DNA from: Paraspadella gotoi
Taxonomy: Eukaryota; Animalia; Chaetognatha
Direction: 5' to 3'
Length of the DNA stretch: 64,000 bases
Assembly (NCBI GenBank): GCA_051294375.1
Contig: CM119270.1
Coordinates: forward strand, 8,419,213-8,483,212
Shown: positions 60,601 through 64,000 of the stretch, in pieces
How the letters are laid out: the number at the start of each line of letters is the position of its first letter
Position numbering within the stretch: position 1 is the first letter of the stretch
The notes under the pieces: model-generated
Databases searched by the model: none
Seen by the model: only the letters and a program-made list of their open reading frames with translations
Told to the model about the DNA's origin: nothing
Program-made: the position numbers and the translations under genes

Positions 60601-63600
60601 TTCATAACGTCTTTTCTCATCTTTAAAATTTCGACCAATAATGTTTATACGAAAAAACAATAATAAATATTCTCGAGGAAGTGTTTAAATATTAAAACAG
60701 TGAAGAGGTTTTGCCGAAAAAAGGCGATTTTTTATTTTGCTCTCGTTTTATGTAATATACATGTACTTTTAAATTTTTATTATCTAATTGACATAAAGTG
60801 ATTTTCGGAAAAGTATTTGACGAGAAAAAAAAAAAACAAACATAAATAATAAAAACAAACAAAGTTAACTAGGATGGGATTATCGATAAACATCGATTGG
60901 CACCGAAAAGTTATAGTAATGTCAAGATCGCATCTTACGTCTTGGATCAAATTATCGACGTAATAGACTTCTTGGATATATTTATACTACACGAAATTAA
61001 TTAATTTTTATTATTATACACCAAAAAGCACAAAGAGAGATCCTACATCTTTAATTATAGTCAAAACAATAAACGATTTTCAACTCGTCATCAGTCATAC
61101 TAATAACAATAATATATTTCTCTTGGGCAATTCCAATAATACATACCGGGTATATTTTAATTAAACTACGTCATCAGATCAATCCTCGCTCGCGGCACAG
61201 TCTTATGACCGACGTAACACACACGTCCTAGGATACGATGGTCCATGCGCTCAGACTCACGTCTCTTTGATGGTGTTCGCTATGCTCGTCTCTTGTATGT
61301 CAGTTAGTTTGATAAAAGCGAACGAGAAACCCTGCGCGTCCCGCAGAAGCAAGCGCGTGAACACGCAGCGCATAGACGCCGCCGGGAACAGCGACGAAGA
61401 AACGAGGCCGCGAGTCGATAGAGTTACAGGTCGCCGCTTATGATGCTAGCCGCGGGTAGGAGCCGCTGCTCATATGGAGTGCAGGCCGAGGCGATCGAGT
61501 TAAATTGTCGCCGACCAAGAATGATTGTGTGCGCTGGCCGCATTACATGGCCGAACTCGCGCACCTTCCAGCTTGTAATTAAATTAACTGGCTGATCTAT
61601 ATCGGCACAATTATGGATAGTGAAAACCTTTATAGCTGTGTTTGCTGATAATCGTCAGTGCAGGGCAATTAATTAAGGGTAGATGGAAGCCCTGTTCTCT
61701 ATTTTTTTCCGTGCCGCAAGAACCTCGGAATAGTGTAGGGCAAGAGAGAGATGCTCTCTCAAGAAGTGGCACACCTAAAGCGGCACGTCTCTTCGGAGTT
61801 GACTAGTGATTATTAAGAGTCTATTGTGATATCCGTTTCGAACCGAATGAAACAAAAAAAGGTCATGATTAGAGACAATGTGAGTTTTTTTTGAAAATGG
61901 CTGTGTACTCTCTAACAAAAGTGATATCCCTTTCCTCATATATAATGATTTTTAAAATAACAAGAACAACCAAGAAAAGCTTCGAGAACCTTTTGGTATA
62001 ACGTTCAAGAGACTTAATAGTAGATATGGTTATTCGATATAGTGAATATAGCAAAATTTTGAGTTTAGATAATTGTGCACAGTGCCTATTGATTATTCTT
62101 AAAGAAAACTAAAAACTATGCTGATATAACTTTTAATATGTGTCAAGTGCAGTTTGACATTATACAAACTTGACTATTTACACTGTGATCATATAAAAGA
62201 GAAAATGGCGAGGCAAAAAGCAACGAAAATTAATTCACTTTACTTATACTCTTAATTTAGTGGGACTCTTATCCGACGAATATAGGAGGACCAAAGGTCG
62301 ACTCCTTGACTCTACCTGGTGGTGACTTCACAAGATATGGATATTGAATTGAGAACTCTTATTTTAAAAAACAAATGTTTCAACATAAAAAAGTATACAC
62401 CGTTTATTATTTTTTATACTCGTCAATTTCGTGTCCTCGTTGTCACGTTTTCTCTATGTCACTGATCGAGATTTTGGGTTTCTCTAAAATGAGCGAACGT
62501 CACTTAACGTTACGCGTCAAATCTTAACTGACGAGGCTCAAAGGCGGTGTTATTTTATACTTGTGTGATAAATAATTTTTTTACCGTTCTCACTTTCTTA
62601 CTTACTCCGGAGCCTGTCTTCAAGACCTTCATAGTCTCTTGCTACTTTTTTCTTCGATATGCGTTTTTTCGTGCAGTCTCTTCTTACTGCGTATGTTTTT
62701 ACGAATTCCCATTCAACTTTATATATTTCTCGTCCTTTATGCTTTGCTATGCCTTTTGATAATAATCTCTCTAACTGACTCTTGCGATACGTGTTTCCTT
62801 ATATCAGAACTTGCATTATGTATATTGGTCTAGCAGTTCGTGAGGTCAGCAAGGCGGACATATGTAATAAGTTTTAAGATATGCGTCTGATTGTTTAAGA
62901 AAATAGTTGAAATATAGTAAGGGGTTGGTATGTAATCGGGATGTATCCTTCGACTTTGTTGTAATTTAGTCCTCACGTCAGCGCATAGTGACGTTTTATT
63001 CCGCCTCTAATACAAATCTTCGTATTATATACGGAAGTTTACATCTCCCGTCCTTATATTCGTTTGATGTCGCCCACATATGTTTTATTCGGCTTTCTTC
63101 TACTCGCTCGTGTGTTCGTTCCGCGAAGCAGACAATCGTGGAAGCAATTCTCAATTCGACGTATCACAGTAGGATGATCTTGATTCTAACTGCATATTTT
63201 TCCTATGATGTTCAACTCTTCAAAAATTTACCGGGAAGGCCCGATACTATACGAGTGGTGCGTACTTAAGACGAGAACGAAAAATCGTAATACAGAAATA
63301 GTCACGCATCGAGAGCGACTTTTGCTTTTATTTCCCCCGCCTTCCCAAGACCTTGTTTGGTTATTTCTTGCAATATTCCTCTGTGTGAGCATGAACACCA
63401 AAATAGTAGATTGCCCCAGAGTTTGACTATTTTTATCACTAATCCTCAGTTCTTCAATTTACTGTGAAAGGATCTAATACGCTTACGGCCGGTCGGATGG
63501 GCAGGGAAGAAAAGAAGGTAGGATAGCATTGCCACTGCTGATCTAGCTCTCCAGCCGCCAGGGGACAAAAAGAAAATTAGGCTTAGAAGCAGGCCAAGAT

Positions 63601-64000
63601 AAAGATAAGAAATTTATAAAATTTGATTAATACTATTGCGCGTAAGTTGAAGGGAAGCGAATAATCCTTATCATTCAAATTTTAATCCAGAGTTAAACGA
63701 TACATTTTTTTTTATTGCAAAAAAAAAAATAAAGTAAAAGCTTTCAAAAATTAAATATATAAGCGGGATTAAAGGGGGGGTTTTCTAATAAAAAAATTTA
63801 GGGGGGGAGGAATCGCACGACTCAACCCATAGATAAGATAACGCCGGTAAATAAAAAGGGAAATGAAGCAGAGAACGGACGGACGGCACGAACGAAACGA
63901 AGAAAGTTTTTGGTCACGGGAAACAACGAAATAGTTTCAACTTGTCTTTCAAAAGGCCGGCTACTGCTTCTTGCTGCTCTGTTCCTGTGGCGGGATAAGA

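Overview
AT-rich, intron-containing animal (invertebrate-like) genomic DNA from a draft scaffold with N gaps. Three spliced genes can be rebuilt by hand with frame-consistent exons. (1) A 10-exon luciferase/4-coumarate-CoA-ligase-like acyl-CoA synthetase (+, 320-4566, ~602 aa) with a mitochondrial-type presequence and no PTS1. (2) A 16-exon kinesin-6 KIF23/MKLP1/pavarotti (+, 6537-19468, ~944 aa). (3) An 11-exon histamine H1-like GPCR (-, 20815-45962, ~555 aa). An intronless 305-aa orphan ORF with one membrane segment (5216-6133) sits between a CCAAT/CDE-CHR cell-cycle-type promoter and KIF23, suggesting an operon-like or bicistronic unit. The block 32298-45741 is a 2.1-kb direct plus 11.2-kb inverted, indel-riddled copy of the GPCR region bounded by 25-N spacers. 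It is most likely a gap-filling fold-back artefact, and removing it rejoins the GPCR's first coding exon to the rest of the gene. Introns and the distal 18 kb carry solo-LTR-like elements with 4-bp TSDs, a hAT MITE with an 8-bp TSD, Helentron/DINE-1-like elements, tRNA-derived SINE heads and micro/minisatellites. No gene could be supported after ~46 kb.
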